A stretch of 64,000 nt of DNA from Octopus vulgaris. Taxonomy: Eukaryota. The notes under the pieces were generated by a model that saw only the letters and a list, made by a program, of their open reading frames with translations, was not told where the DNA came from and searched no databases. Every line of letters begins with the position of its first letter. Positions within the stretch are counted from its first letter, which is position 1. Shown here piece after piece: positions 27,514-43,036 of this stretch. The DNA is taken from contig OX597830.1 in NCBI GenBank assembly GCA_951406725.2, positions 74,152,001-74,216,000 of the forward strand, written 5' to 3'. Made by a program: the position numbers and the translations under genes.

Positions 27514-28156
27514 ATATATATATATATGTGTGTGTATATATGTACACACACACACACATATATATGTATGTATATATATATATGTATATATGTATATGTA
27601 TATATATATATGTATATATGTATATATATATATATACATGTATACACACACTCACACACACATATATATATATGTATATACATACATATATACATATAAT
27701 CATATGCATATGTTTATATATATATATATATATATATATGCATGTATATATGTATGCATGTTTGTGTGGGTGTATATGTTATATATGTCTGTATATATGT
27801 AGGTACGTATGTATAAATGTATGTATGCATGTGTCCATGTTTCTGCATATATATGTGCATGTATGACAATGCATTAGGATTGTATGTGTGTTTATTTGAA
27901 TGAATAAATTTTTATGTAGCGTATGCAAGATGCTTGCATGCATACATATCTCGAGATGTAGGCATGTAAGTGCACATTGTGCATGTATGCATGTAAATTC
28001 GTCAGCGTATACTTGCAGACATTCGGCTAAGAGGCTACACAGTGGGTTCTTAGTCAAGTATCTTTACCAGATCTTCCGTACATCCCAAGATTCGCCAGTA
28101 AATCACTCTGTCATACAGTGGCCTGTTGATTTGACCGAATTTAGCATCATTACACA

Positions 28157-28227
<71 letters not shown>

Positions 28228-28368
28228 GCGCGATCTTGTGCTCAGACGCTTGCTTCCCAACTGCATGGTTCCAGGTACAGTCCCTTGAGCAAGTGTCTTC
28301 TACCTGCCGACCAACGCCTTGTTAGTGGATTCGGTAGACGGAAACTGAAAGAAGCGCGTCGTATATAT

Positions 28369-28745
<377 letters not shown>

Positions 28746-29871
28746 ATATGTGTGTGTATGTGTACGTATGCACACAAACACACACACATATATATATGTG
28801 TGTGAGATGGATTTCTTTTAGTCGTCAATTCCAAATTTCACTCATGGGGCAGTGGTCGGCGCAGGTCTTATAAAAGAGGACCACCGCATTCCCAGGGTGT
28901 CACGCAGTGGGACTGAACCCCAAAACTAAATATCTTATCACACAGTAATTGTCTTTTGCTGAGTAATTATTTTAAAAAGAATATTCTAGGTCATTTTAAC
29001 CCTCCCTTTATTTATCGATTGGAATAAAGCCACTGATTGATAGAACGCTTTACTGGTGAATCTAATGATGAATAGTAGCTCTGGTAAATATACTTGACTA
29101 GCAATCCTCTGCGTAGCATAAGACTAAACCCTTCAAGGCTGTGACCAAGGATGGCCGCATTCTAATGGCTTAAAGAAAATGCAGGATGAATATAAGAAGT
29201 AATTATTCGAGAATGTAGACCTTTAAGAATTAAGGGTAGCATGAAAGAAGGGACCAATAAGAGAAATAGATCCTTCCCGAATCATATAGATACGTAGGGT
29301 CCTGTTTTCCGATCTCTGTGGCGCATATATCCTCCGTTTCGTCACATTTCATCTAGTTTCAGCTCACGAGCTGTGGCCATGCTGCGGCACCGCCATTCAC
29401 TTTTATAAGATGAGCGGTCTACAGCAACGTGAAATGAAATGTTTTGCACGAGAACAAAACACGTCGCTCGGTCCCGAAATCGAAACCACAACTTTGTAAC
29501 TGCCAAGTCACACACCTCCACATTAAAGAAATAACGTAATTAATATACGAACCAGATCTTCTACAAATCAAAGCATTAGGCAAATGCAGAATTAATCAAG
29601 GGCTGAGAAAATATATAGGAAAGAATACACAGAACCTATAGAAATTTAATAGTGAATTATGTCAGCCAAATCTCTCAACATATAAAACGTATCAGACACT
29701 GAGCCATGTTAATAAAGAAAGACTTTGTAGGCTTCGAACGAGCCTTATTCCTTTGAACTATATTCTTTTACGAACAGGTCGTATGGAATCACCTTTGTGT
29801 TCTTATGGAGTCTATTCAGAAACCTTACAGATTTCTTTGTTCCAATGCAAAGCTTATCGTTTTGAGAGTGC

Positions 29872-29934
<63 letters not shown>

Positions 29935-30469
29935 TGTGTGAATGGCTGTGATATTGGTTTAAAGGTTATAGCGTTGTAACATCGCCACTTCCAATACAAT
30001 AACAACCACAGCAGCAACTTCCAACACCTTCGTCACAACCACCGCCACCACCAATGCTAGAACAACCACTACAACAGTTTCACTGCTGTGGTTGTTATCG
30101 TTGTGTTGTTGTTGGTGGTGGTGTTGATACATAATACTATCACTACAGCCACCCGGTAGCGGTGGTGGTGATGGTGTGAAAGCATTTAGTTGTTGTTGTT
30201 GTTGTTGGTTAGCTTCAGGTCAATTTGACCAAATACCTTTAACTGTTAGAAATAGATACATAAAGCAATTCCAACTTCCATCATATCTATATTGGTTGCC
30301 TCAACTCGGCTGGAATTCCAAAAGTTTCCATTTTTAAAACTGTTTAGTAAGTCTTTAATCATTGATTGCTCAAAAATAAAAAGAAGGAAGAAAGAAAGGA
30401 ATAAAGAAAAGGAAGGAAATGTTTGTATTTAGCATGGAGAACTAGAAATTTTCTTTAAAATCCAAAGAA

Positions 30470-30798
30470 GTATTTCGCTTATGGATTTGGTTTGCAAGAT
30501 TCTTTATGTGAGTTCGAGTCTTGAAGCCTATTCTGTTGTGTCTGGGGAGAGTCATTTTCTTTTTGTGCCTTATAATTTAACACACTCACCAGTAAAATTT
30601 CCACTTATTTCTTATTTTTATTTTCCTAAAATTTTCATTGCGTCTTGCAACCTTTTCAATAGTTTTGACTCAAGACTATTGAAAAGGTTGCAAGACGCAA
30701 CGAACATTTTAGGAAAATAAAAATAAGAAATAAGTGGAAATTTTACCGGTGAGTATGTTAAATTATAAAGCACAAAAAGAAAATGACTCTCCCCAGAT
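30470..30798. mobile_element. Penelope-like head-to-head fold-back remnant
   Basis: Near-perfect ~125-bp inverted arms 30541-30667 / 30671-30797; related partial copy at 26005-26143. Confidence 0.75.
30626..30662 (-). ncRNA. Hammerhead motif with U3-A8 core variant
   Basis: Minus: CTA-TTGAAAA-G-GTTGC aagac GCAAT-GAAA ATT T-TAG; mirrored on + at 30676-30712 (that copy has GAAC in place of GAAA). Confidence 0.6.
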
Positions 30799-30892
30799 TC
30801 AAAGAAGTAGTTCAAATGGAAGAGTTCCTCCTTTCCTTCTCAGGATAAAATAGTATGTGTGTGTGTGTGTTTGTGAGAGAGAAAGAGAGAGA

Positions 30893-30961
<69 letters not shown>

Positions 30962-31286
30962 TGTGTTTGTGTGTGAGAAAGAGGAGAGGGTTGTTTAAAA
31001 GTTGTCTTACAAACTTTACTAAGGCTGGAGCTGAAATTTATTTTCGCTGATCGGTCGACCATAGTGAAGCTCTTCCATCTCCTCCCCAGGACAAGAATAT
31101 GATTTCGTAGAAACAGTTAACCATTCTCTAGATATTCTTTTCCCTTTTATTCCTTTTTCTTTCCAACTTTTAATGATTTTATTCTTAGCTTATTCTTTTG
31201 TATAAGTAACAATATATACCTTCCTCGGTCAGTCATGCCTTACCAGCCTTACATAGATTTTAAAATTAACTAAATGATTCTAATTA

Positions 31287-31547
31287 CAGCGTGGAAGGTG
31301 TTTATAAGCCATTTAAGAAACGCACAAAAACCGTTAGATTCACTTCAACATTTAAATTTAATTTGTCAAAATATTTTCGTCGCTTTGAGACCGCGACCTG
31401 TTCACTGACAAAACAAATGCAGCACGAAGTGAATCTAACGGTTTTTGTGTGTTTCTTAAATGGCTTATAAACACTTTCCACGCTGCAATTGTTTTTGTCC
31501 CAAAACACGATCTCAGATCAGATCACTTGCTATGCAAGTACATCTCC
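31287..31547. mobile_element. Penelope-like fold-back remnant (second copy at 42835-43030)
   Basis: Inverted arms ~31287-31346 / ~31426-31485 enclose a hammerhead motif. Confidence 0.75.
31362..31412 (-). ncRNA. Hammerhead motif with G3-C8 core variant
   Basis: Minus: TTTGTCA-GTGAACA-G-GTCGC ggtctcaaa GCGAC-GAAA ATATT T-TGACAAA; 7-bp stem I, 5-bp stem II, palindromic stem III. Confidence 0.72.
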
Positions 31548-31947
31548 GTAATAAATTATTATATTATAGGAATAATTGTCTGAGGAATATTCACCCAAGT
31601 ACATATGGATGTAAGGAGTCGGACAAATGAATAGTCATCGTCGAAAACGACAGAGGATCCACCAAACTTACATATTTGCACATGTATGTATGTATGTGTG
31701 CATACTTGCGTATTGTTAAATATTGCTTTCAAATTTTGACACAAGGCCAGCAATTTTGGGGTCGTGGGTATGTCGATTACGTTAACCCCACTGCTCACCT
31801 AATACTTATTTTATCAACCCCAAAAACGATAACAGGCAAAGTCGACCTCGGCAGAATTTGAACTCAGAACGGATGAAATGCTGGTAAATATTCTCCCCGA
31901 TGTGCTAAAGATTCTGCCAACACGCCGCTTTATGAAATTTAGCAAAT

Positions 31948-32021
31948 TGGCTTCAGAGAGACTTGAAAACTCTATTTGCAGTTTACTAGACTGCCGTTCT
32001 GACCAGCTGAGCTATGGAGCC
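31948..32021 (-). pseudogene. tRNA-Thr(AGT) pseudogene or isolated tRNA-derived SINE head
   Basis: GGCTCCATAGCTCAGCTGGTCAGAACG-GCAGT CTAGTAA ACTGC-...TTCAAGTCTCTCTGAAGCCA: perfect anticodon arm with AGT, A box intact; mismatches in acceptor, D and T stems. Confidence 0.75.
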
Positions 32022-32816
32022 ATTTGATAGTATCATTAAATAATAAAATTATATATTTTGCTTTATGTTCGTGACTGAATGTTATGTCATATGCACTTCA
32101 TACAAACTAAATCTTTGGAATGTTTTATAAATTTCCGCAGTTCCATTCTTTTGGGAATAGAAAACGTTTAGTTTATCAAGCCAAGCGCAGTAATTAGCTG
32201 GAACTTTATTTTATCAACTCTGGGGAGATAAAAGGCCAAGTTGATCTCGGCAGGCATTGAACCCAGTACATAAATATCATACTGCATTTTTGGCTGATTT
32301 GCTAACTGTGCTACCATTTCACGCTTTCCTATTTCCTTATATTTTATTAATTATGTGTTGCGGGCTAACCTTCCCTGCACTTCTAGGAACTTTCAGGGGA
32401 GAACTTGAACTAAAATCTTGAAAAATATTCCACTTTATTTAACAGACAGTCATATTAGGAAAAAAAAAAAATGTTTTGCTTTTTGCATCTAATCTGTAAG
32501 ATATCTGATGTGGACTCGTGTGTTGAAATACATATTCCCTTGCATCACAGACCGTTCACTAAACCGATAATAAACACACGCACTGGTTTATTTCACTTTA
32601 ATTTTATTCGGGCATTTCGTTGATGGGGTTGCCAAATATTTGTCGGAAAAATCAATTCTTGAGAATCAGTTTGGCTGCCGGAATCTGCACGGAATACACA
32701 CACACACACACAGGCACACGCACACATACATACACTCATGTATGTATGTATGTATGTACGTATGTACGTATGTATGTATGTATGTATGTATGTATGTATG
32801 TATGTATGTATGTATG

Positions 32817-32865
<49 letters not shown>

Positions 32866-32955
32866 GTAGATATAAATATATATCTATGTAGATATAAATA
32901 TATATAAATTTATATATAAATATATAGGTATATACATATAGATATAATGTGTATG

Positions 32956-33013
<58 letters not shown>

Positions 33014-33585
33014 CATGTGTCTGTATGTGTTTGCGTATGTATATATATGCATGTGTCTGTGTGTGTTTGCGTATGTATATATATGCATGTATATATGCAT
33101 ATAAAACAATATACACATGCATACATTCAGACATATATAGTCATGTAGATGTCTAGTTTGTTTATCAAACAAAGTATAAAATAATGCATACAAAGTCTCC
33201 ATAGTTTTTATATATAAATAAATCTAACGGAATTTTATCATCATCTATATATTCCCGATTGGCGCATTTTGATGTTCAATCACATATGAAGGTTCAATGA
33301 TCGGTGCTTCATTAAGAAATGATATAATCGAGCCGCCACTGAAATACAGAATATAACAAAAGGATGACACGTTGAATGAATATAACTGAAACACAGTTGC
33401 GTCCCTTGCAGTTTCAATTTCAAGTGACACAAAATAGCATTTTGGCATATCAGTGTATTAAGTAGGTTGTGGGGTAACACATTTAATTGTCTACAGCATA
33501 TTATTTCATTATTTGCAACGTATTTTGACAAATTCAAAAGGTGAAAATTAGATGGGAAAATGAAGGTAGCAGTCAGAAATTTTAT

Positions 33586-33631
<46 letters not shown>

Positions 33632-33714
33632 GATAAATGTTATTCGTATGGAATATAATTTATGAATATATTGTATATAACATACATTATAAGTGCACAT
33701 ACGATATATATATG

Positions 33715-33771
<57 letters not shown>

Positions 33772-34037
33772 GTATACACGCACAGACATACACACAGGCA
33801 TACACACACACATATATATGTATACATATATATATATGCGTGTGTGTGTGTGTATTCTATGCTTATAATATATATATTGTGTGTATAATGTATGTGAATA
33901 CGTATACATATGTAATTTGTATACGTATATTTATATAAAACTTATATCATGTCCATATTATGAAATATAATGTGTGTATGTCACATATTCATACACACAC
34001 ACATACATGCCCACACACACTCACACAGACACATATG

Positions 34038-34073
<36 letters not shown>

Positions 34074-34092
34074 CATATATATATATATATAT

Positions 34093-34167
<75 letters not shown>

Positions 34168-34241
34168 CATATATATGCAATGATAAAGCATTTTATATAG
34201 ATATATATATACATACATATATATGCAATGATAAAGCATTT

Positions 34242-34279
<38 letters not shown>

Positions 34280-34346
34280 AAAAACACGCCCTCAAACACA
34301 CATACACATGCACACATATGTATATATTGATATATTGATATCAGTA

Positions 34347-34425
34347 GCTTACAGTTGTTTCCGCTCTAACAGACCATGCGCTAAGAAGTATGTGGTCATA
34401 TGTCATTTTTGAGCTACATCGGTGC
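34347..34425 (-). ncRNA. Degenerate hammerhead-like motif with long stem II
   Basis: Minus: CCGATGT-A-GCTC...GACCA..TGGTC...GAGC-G-GAAAC AACT GTA-AGC; same architecture as 12373-12451 but A9 mutated. Confidence 0.45.
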
Positions 34426-34849
34426 CATTTGAATGAAGCATATGCTCACTTCGCAGAGCCTTTATTTACATAGTGCTGCTTACATATTTAGCTATATTCA
34501 ATATAGAATTTTGATAAATGCTTTTCTTTCTGGTATAGCTATATTCCTTAGGTAGTCCAGTCTTGGTATAACTATATGCCTTGATGTAGTCCTCTAGAAT
34601 TTCCTTTGTAATGTCATATGATTTTAAGTCTTTAGAACTCTTATTGTGAATTTATTTATCCTATGATTTAGCTATGTCTTAGTGATATTAATAACAAGTG
34701 GTTAGTATTCGGTACAATTATGTTCTAAAGTAAAGCATGAGAAAAGTACAGAACGCAATATTAATTAATGAATGACAAAAGTATTGTTGCTATGTAAACA
34801 TTTACATTAGTTTACATGTGTATGTAGGCAATTTCTTCGTGTCCGAAGA

Positions 34850-35331
34850 TCACAAGGTCCGACGGGACGCCTTCAGTTGACTATGTAAACTGATCCCAGA
34901 TACTGCAGGGATTTTTTTTCCTCCCAGCGAACTCCCAGTTTCAGTGATAAAGGCGGTAGACGCAATTTCATACCCTTCGGTTCCTGGTAGGGCCACCCAA
35001 GGCGGATTGGTCTGACACCGAGTGGTATTAGGGCCACAACCCGGCAGACGGGGCTCTGGTGAAAATCCTTGGAGTGTCTGTTTCGGCAACCGGTGGCTCC
35101 TCGGTCGTACTGTCCCTGCGTCTGCGGACAATCTGCGACAAACAGGATGTCTCTACATGCGGAATTGTTGGGGACCGCTTGTGAAATCCCTATTCACACG
35201 AAACTTCTTCTATGAATTCTCAATGGCACTACTCTGTGGGCTGCCATGGTTCGAGATGCCTCGAGGGTGGTAGCAGAAGCCGACTCAACCCGCCCCGGGT
35301 GAATGTCGCCACAAGTACAAGTAAGTAAGTA
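34850..35331 (+). mobile_element. Degraded RTE-like LINE 3' end
   Basis: GC-rich segment ending WAAMVRDASRVVAEADSTRPG* followed by a short UTR and (CAAGTA)/(TAAG)n tail. Confidence 0.55.
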
Positions 35332-35844
35332 CTTCTTTAGACCGGGAGGTCAGACTGCAGTGGTTGAGTAGGATAAGACGGTTTATAGGTTTTAAATGAA
35401 CGTAAGTAAAGTAAGTATAGTTTTCTTCTCGAGTCACGCTGACTCATAAAAGCTGGTTTCCCGATGTGCATGGTGTATGAATTCCCCACCTGGACGGGAC
35501 GCCAGTCCGTCGTAGGATTACACCTTTTTGCCAGGTGAGTGAACTGATGCAACGTAAAGTGAAGTGTGCTGCAGGAATCGATGCCTGAATCTTATGATCA
35601 TGAGACCAACCAGTAAGCCACGCGCCTCCACCTTTAGAATGTATGTATGTATGTATGTATGTATGTATGTATGTATGTATGTATGTATGTATGTATGTAT
35701 GTATGTATGCATGCATGTATGTATGCATGTATGTATGTCATTATATATATGTATGTGCGTGTATGTATACACAGACACAGGCGCACACATGCATACATAC
35801 ATAAATACATGCATATATATATATATATATATATACATATATAG

Positions 35845-36031
35845 GGAGAGTTTACGAAAAAAACAAAAGACGAAGACTGGTGGTGTACAAAACAAACAAA
35901 TGCATTAGTATAACGCTCAGGAATAGAAAAAGTATTTTACGTTTCGAGCCTACGCTCTTCTACAGAAAGGGACAAAGAAAACACGAGGAGTGAAACAAGG
36001 AGAGAAAAATGTGTGTAGTGGCTAACGATCT

Positions 36032-36035
<4 letters not shown>
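35845..36035 (-). mobile_element. Penelope-like remnant with hammerhead-like motif at 35935-35969
   Basis: Minus: TTT-CTGTAGA-A-GAGC gtag GCTC-GAAAC-GTA-AAA; same family as 9165-9335; TA flanks. Confidence 0.65.
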
Positions 36036-36095
<60 letters not shown>

Positions 36096-36126
36096 CAGTA
36101 TTATTAATAACCAAGAGAAATTACTA

Positions 36127-36208
<82 letters not shown>

Positions 36209-36210
<2 letters not shown>

Positions 36211-36794
36211 GGCGAAAGAATGTATCTGGTGGACGCGTCTGAAAGGATTGGAGACAAACACTTTCCTCTCTGGTCAATCTCTCATCAACTTCTTCAAGTA
36301 CCACTTGAAAAGGAAAGTGAGAGTAGAGAGGCAAGTTTTGTCTAGCGAATGTTTTAAAAAAAGATGGGTGAATGTAGCAAGAATGGCACGTATGAATGAC
36401 GAAGCCACCTTGAGCATGATCCTATGAACCCAGAAATTGAAAACAGAGAGTTGCTTATTTGCAAAAAAAAAAAAAAAAGAAATATAACATGTGACTCCAT
36501 TGACCGAGGTTACCGTGGTCTTTTCCGTAGGCTTTTCTTTCCACGGGTAAACCTCACCTGTCCTCCCCTTTACACTTCATATTGACATTTCTGTGATAAC
36601 GATCCCTATTGATCAATTTTTTTTTTTTTTCCTCTCCCCCTTTTTTTTAACCCCCTCTTTCTCTCCTTTTACGATCCCTTTTGATCGAAACTCCCCCTTC
36701 CTTTTTTTTTTTTTTTTTTAAACCTTCAAAAGAAAAGCTCTACCTTGTAATTTGTTCTATCTGTGTGCAGCCCTGTGTGGCTAATAAAGAAACA
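36209..36794 (+). mobile_element. 5'-truncated Tx1/L1-like LINE 3' end embedded in (TATC)n
   Basis: AKECIWWTR...F.KRW C-terminal ORF2 pattern of L1/Tx1 elements, pyrimidine-rich 3' UTR with AATAAA, (TATC)n at both junctions. Confidence 0.72.
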
Positions 36795-36925
<131 letters not shown>

Positions 36926-36928
36926 TTA

Positions 36929-36973
<45 letters not shown>

Positions 36974-37274
36974 ATATATACAGAGAAAGAGAGACAGACA
37001 GACTGAGAGATAGAGATAGAGACAGTTAGAGAATGGGAGTGAAAGTGAGAGGGAGAAGCAAAAGCGGTAGAGAGAGACATGATAAACATATTTCATGAAA
37101 TTGAAGCTTCACGCGTACGAATAACAAGGCAGATGTAGCAATCCATCGACACACTTTTTATATTCTACATTGTCTGCAGTCCAAGGGAAATAATTTAACA
37201 ATGACATCCAATGCAATCTATACCGATTTTACTGCAAGTGATAAACAATGAGACGATGAGTCAAAAATATTGCA

Positions 37275-37333
<59 letters not shown>

Positions 37334-37345
37334 TACTACTACTAC

Positions 37346-37399
<54 letters not shown>

Positions 37400-37408
37400 T
37401 ACTACTAC

Positions 37409-37470
<62 letters not shown>

Positions 37471-37565
37471 TAATTATTATTATTATTAGTAGTAGTAGTA
37501 TTAGTATTACTATTACTATTATTATTATTGTTACTAATTATTATTTTTATTATTATTATTATTAC

Positions 37566-37652
<87 letters not shown>
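37275..37652. repeat. (TAT)n/(TAC)n microsatellite
   Basis: Directly visible. Confidence 0.97.
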
Positions 37653-37654
<2 letters not shown>

Positions 37655-37657
<3 letters not shown>

Positions 37658-38058
37658 CAGCAAGCTGGCAGAGTCGTTAGCACGCCGGCGGAAATGCTTA
37701 GCGGTATTTCGTCTGCCACTACATTGTGATTTCAAATTCCGGCGTGTTCGACTTTGCCTTTCATCCTTTCGGGGTCGATAAATTAAGTACCATTTACGTA
37801 CTGGGGTCAACTCCCCACCTCCCCCAAAATTTCGGGCCTTGTGCCTAGAGTAGAAAAAGTCGTTAGCACGCCGGGCGAAATGTTTACCGGCATTTCCTCC
37901 GTTTTTGCGTTCTGAGTTCAAATTCTGCCGAGGTTGATTTTGTCTTTCTTCCTTTCGGGGTCGATAAATCAAGTATTAGTGGATCACTGGGATCGATGCA
38001 ATCGAATAGTTCTCTCATCCCAAATTTGCTGGCCTTGTGCATTTAGTAGAAAGGATTG
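37655..38058 (+). mobile_element. Tandem dimer of SINE family B
   Basis: Two consecutive copies, each ending GGCCTTGTGC.T..AGTAGAAA. Confidence 0.85.
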
Positions 38059-38090
38059 GACTATTATTATTATTATCATCATCATCATCA

Positions 38091-38148
<58 letters not shown>

Positions 38149-38400
38149 CATCATCATCATCATTATTATTATTATTATTATTATTATTGTCATCATCGTC
38201 ATCATCGTCATCATCATCATCATTATGATAGCTTATTGATTATCATTGTTCTTATATTTATAATCATGATGATTGCTACAATTTTGCAATTATAATTAAT
38301 GCTGGACTTGTGCCAAACTTTGGAGTCATTATCAGCATTATTATTAGTTGTAGTGGTAGAAATACAAGTAGTCGTAGTAACACCGTGCTCCTCCTATCCC

Positions 38401-38445
<45 letters not shown>

Positions 38446-39061
38446 ACATCATCATCATCTTCATTATCATTGGCATTACAATTATTTCTATCAGTGTTAT
38501 TGTGATTATTTAATGAACAAGTAAAAAAAGAAAAAACAAACAAACAAACAAATAAAGAAAAAAAAACCCCTCTAATTTACATTTGATTGTTTCCAATTTA
38601 TTATTATTATTATTACTATTATTATTATTGATTTTTTATTTATTATTACTTTGATAATTTTTGTATTATCGTTTTCATACTACACGAGCATTATGTAATT
38701 ACTATGTAGATTAGTTTACGGCACGGCAAATATCATATTGGAAAATGACGAGTGTAAAGGAAAAAATTAATCGATTACACCAGTTTTACTAAACATATAT
38801 CGAGAGGAAATAATGGAGGCTTGATTGAAATTCGACAATGTATGTATGTATGTATGTATGTATGTATAAACTATTCATGCATACATACATATTTATGACA
38901 TCTTTCATACATACATTCATTCATAGATATATAAAAACACATAGATATATAGACACACACACACATATATATACACATATATTATATATCATATATATAT
39001 ATTTATGTATATATATTTATGTGTATATATATTTATGTGTATATATACTAACATACTCATA

Positions 39062-39114
<53 letters not shown>

Positions 39115-39126
39115 TGATATATACAG

Positions 39127-39192
<66 letters not shown>

Positions 39193-39204
39193 TTATATAT
39201 ACAG

Positions 39205-39235
<31 letters not shown>

Positions 39236-39252
39236 ATCTGTATATATAAATG

Positions 39253-39285
<33 letters not shown>

Positions 39286-39290
39286 CATAC

Positions 39291-39321
<31 letters not shown>

Positions 39322-39336
39322 TACAGTTATATACAT

Positions 39337-39461
<125 letters not shown>

Positions 39462-40229
39462 ATGATAATTAACATGCTATTGTAATAATCAAAAAAATCA
39501 TACTGGAAAAGTTATAAACTACATTCAGTAGTTATCCGAATGAATATCCTTATGTTCCAATTAAGAAATAAGGTATAGAGCCCTTTTTAAAGATACCTAC
39601 CAACCACCCTACCTAGCTACCTTCCTACCTACCTACCTACCTACCTACATACCTACCTAACTCTCTATCTACTTACCTAATAAGTTACGTACCTGCATAC
39701 ATACGTACATGCATACGTACATACATACCTATATATGTAGGTATATATACATATATATATGCGTGTGTGTGTGTATTTGTGTGTCAGTGTGTGTGTGTGT
39801 ATGTACATATAGATATATGCATAAATATTTTTGTACATATAGACTATATTGTTTTAGATGTCTTAATTCCATACGTATTGTGATATATTCCGGTTTCTGT
39901 TTGTTTTTTTTTTATTTTACGTATCGTGAGAATAATGTTCGCATATTTTGAATGTATATATAGGAATGTATCTATTGCTCGATTAAATTTTAACAATCAG
40001 CCAAATGGATCAATGAAACAGTGAACATACGTATCAATTTTTCTCCCCACTACTCTCTGTCTCTTTTCTCTCTCCCTCTCTTCCTCTCCCTCTCCCTCTT
40101 TCTCTTTATCTCTCTCAACCCTCCACCATACACAAACATATGCTTATACGCAGCCCATAGAATAAGAGCGATATATGTGAAAGCCTCCCAGCTATGAAAT
40201 CACAAGATTAAATGCATACTCCTCACAAG

Positions 40230-40628
40230 GCGGAGGATTGGCTGTGTGGTATTTAGCTTGCTAACCAACCACATTGTTCCGGGATCATTCCTACTGCGTG
40301 GCACCTTGGGCAAGTGTCTTCTACTATAGCCTCGGGCCGACCAAAGCCTTGTGAGTGGATTTGGTAGACGGAAACTGAAAGAAGCACGTCGCATATATGT
40401 ATGAGTGTGTATGTGTTTGTGTGTCTGTGTTTGTCCTTCCAACATCGCTTGACAACCGATGCTGGTGTGTTTACGTCCCCGCAACTTAGAGGTTCGGCAA
40501 AAGGGACCGATAAAACAAGTACTAGGCTTACGAAGAATAAGTCCTGGGGTCGATTTGCTCGACTAAACGTGGTGCTCCAACATGGCTGCAGTCAAATCAC
40601 TGATTCAAGTATAAGAGTAAAAGAGTAA
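40230..40628 (+). mobile_element. Full-length SINE family A inserted in a small dispersed repeat
   Basis: Family A consensus; flanks rejoin to match the uninterrupted copy at 44972-45053. Confidence 0.88.
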
Positions 40629-41039
40629 CTGAACAGACAATATACATGCATACACACACACACATATATATATATATGTATATATATATACGTATACATA
40701 CATAAACACACACACACATATATATATATATATACATATATATGTATGTATGTATATATGTATGCATGTATGTATATGAGTGACTGAGAGATATATTTGA
40801 GAAACCGGAGAGATATGTGGATAGGAATACACAAACAGATATATGAATAGAAGCGTATGTAATTATACATGCATATAATTCCAGAAAGAGAGAGAGAGAG
40901 AGAGATAGAGAGAGAAAGGGCGGGAGAAGAGGAAGAGAGAAAATGATAGTGGGAGACAACAAATGTGTGTGTTTGTCTGTAAATGAGAAAGAAAATTATG
41001 TGCAACTTACAGTCGTCATGTGTTACCATCATTTTCGAC

Positions 41040-41274
41040 CTCCTCCACAACCGCCTCCACCTCATCATCATCATCATCATCATCACCACCAATGTATTAT
41101 TTTCATAATCATCGTTGTTGTCAGCATCATCATTATCTACGACATCATGTGCCTTCATCGCTACCTTCATCATATTCATCAGCAGGCAACGTCCTCCTCC
41201 TCCTCCTTCCTCCACCCTTCCCCTCCTTCTCTTCTTCTTCTTCCACTTCTTCTTCTTCCACTTCTTCTTCTTCC

Positions 41275-41305
<31 letters not shown>

Positions 41306-41557
41306 TTCCTCTTCCTCAACCTCATTGTCATCATCATCATCATCATCATCATCATCCCCGTCATCAACATCATCATCCCCGTCATCATCATTCTAATCGC
41401 CATCATCATCGTCATCAACATCATAGTCATCGCCATCATCATCGTCATCAACATCATAGTCATCGCCATCATGATCGTCATCAACATCATCAGCGTCATC
41501 ATCGTGGATACCCTCACTGCTCATCTCAGTACTACCGGTACCAACAACCTCAACAAG

Positions 41558-41592
<35 letters not shown>

Positions 41593-41666
41593 CGGCAACA
41601 ATTGATTGCAGTAGTATTAGTAATAGTAGCAGCAACAGCAGCAGCAAGAGTAGTAGTAGTAGTAGT

Positions 41667-41718
<52 letters not shown>

Positions 41719-41725
41719 ACAGTAG
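41040..41725. repeat. Compound trinucleotide array (CAT, CCT, CTT, CAA, AGC, AGT)
   Basis: Directly visible; similar arrays at 38062-38510 and 49030-49625. Confidence 0.92.
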
Positions 41726-41936
41726 TATGGACAGAAGAATCCCTCTTCGACAGTTCTTCCCACCCGCTATGTATTCTTCATTATCAAACGAAACAAAACA
41801 TGTTCAACAAATAGGAACGAGAAACCGTGTGAGATCTGTGTAAGTTTTAGCACATGGGACGCACAGCAACAGAAGCAATAGCATACATACATAAATACTC
41901 ACTTCTACATGTATATATTAAAAAATAAAACTTATA

Positions 41937-41998
<62 letters not shown>

Positions 41999-42029
41999 CA
42001 TACATATATATATATATGCATATATATAT

Positions 42030-42064
<35 letters not shown>

Positions 42065-42089
42065 CATATATATATATGCATATATATAT

Positions 42090-42136
<47 letters not shown>

Positions 42137-42153
42137 CATATATATATGTAGAT

Positions 42154-42184
<31 letters not shown>

Positions 42185-42257
42185 CATATATATATATACA
42201 TACATATATATATATAGATATATAGATATATATACATACATATATATATATAGATAT

Positions 42258-42358
<101 letters not shown>

Positions 42359-42969
42359 GATATAGGTAGATGCATATATATATATAAATATATAAGTATA
42401 TATGTAGGTAGATATGTACATATATATATATGTACACATATATGTATATATATATATATATATATATGTATAAATTCACACATACACATTAAGCATATAT
42501 ATATTATATACATACATGTAAATATATATAATATATATGTACACGTACGCATATAACCACAGACATACACAGACATACTTCTGTTCATTCCCTATTGCTC
42601 CTCTTCACACACTTTTATTCCTTTCTCTATCTCTCTCTGTCTCTGTTATGACTCTGTCTCTCTTTGTATATTTCCTGTGTCTCCCAAAATTCTAATAAAA
42701 AAATAAAGGAAGGAAAATATTAAATTTTCCACTCTATCGTATATAGATATATCTGTGTATACATGTATATATGTATATATGTATATATGTGTATATGTAT
42801 ATATATATATGTATATATATATAGAGTGAGAGAGAGATGTACTCGCATAGCAAGTGATTTGATCTGAGATCGTGTGCTGGAACGAAAACAATTGCAGCGT
42901 GGAAGGTGTTTGTAAGCCATTTAAGAAACACGCAAAAGCCGTTCGATTCACTTCAACATTTAAGTTTAA

Positions 42970-43019
42970 TTTGTCAAAATATTTTCATCGCTAAAATCCG
43001 CGACCTGTTCACTGACAAA
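42970..43019 (-). ncRNA. Hammerhead motif with G3-C8 core variant (second copy)
   Basis: Minus: TTTGTCA-GTGAACA-G-GTCGC ggatttta GCGAT-GAAA ATATT T-TGACAAA; stems and core kept while the loop differs from the 31362 copy. Confidence 0.7.
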
Positions 43020-43036
43020 AATCCGTGCTGTATATA

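Noticed and set aside
41020-41814. Poly-S/poly-H/poly-Q ORF resembling an opa-rich Hox N-terminus (possible Antp exon 1)
   Set aside because: Open in several frames on both strands because it is a trinucleotide array; no SSYF start or YPWM motif; continues into poly-V; similar arrays occur at 38 kb and 49 kb
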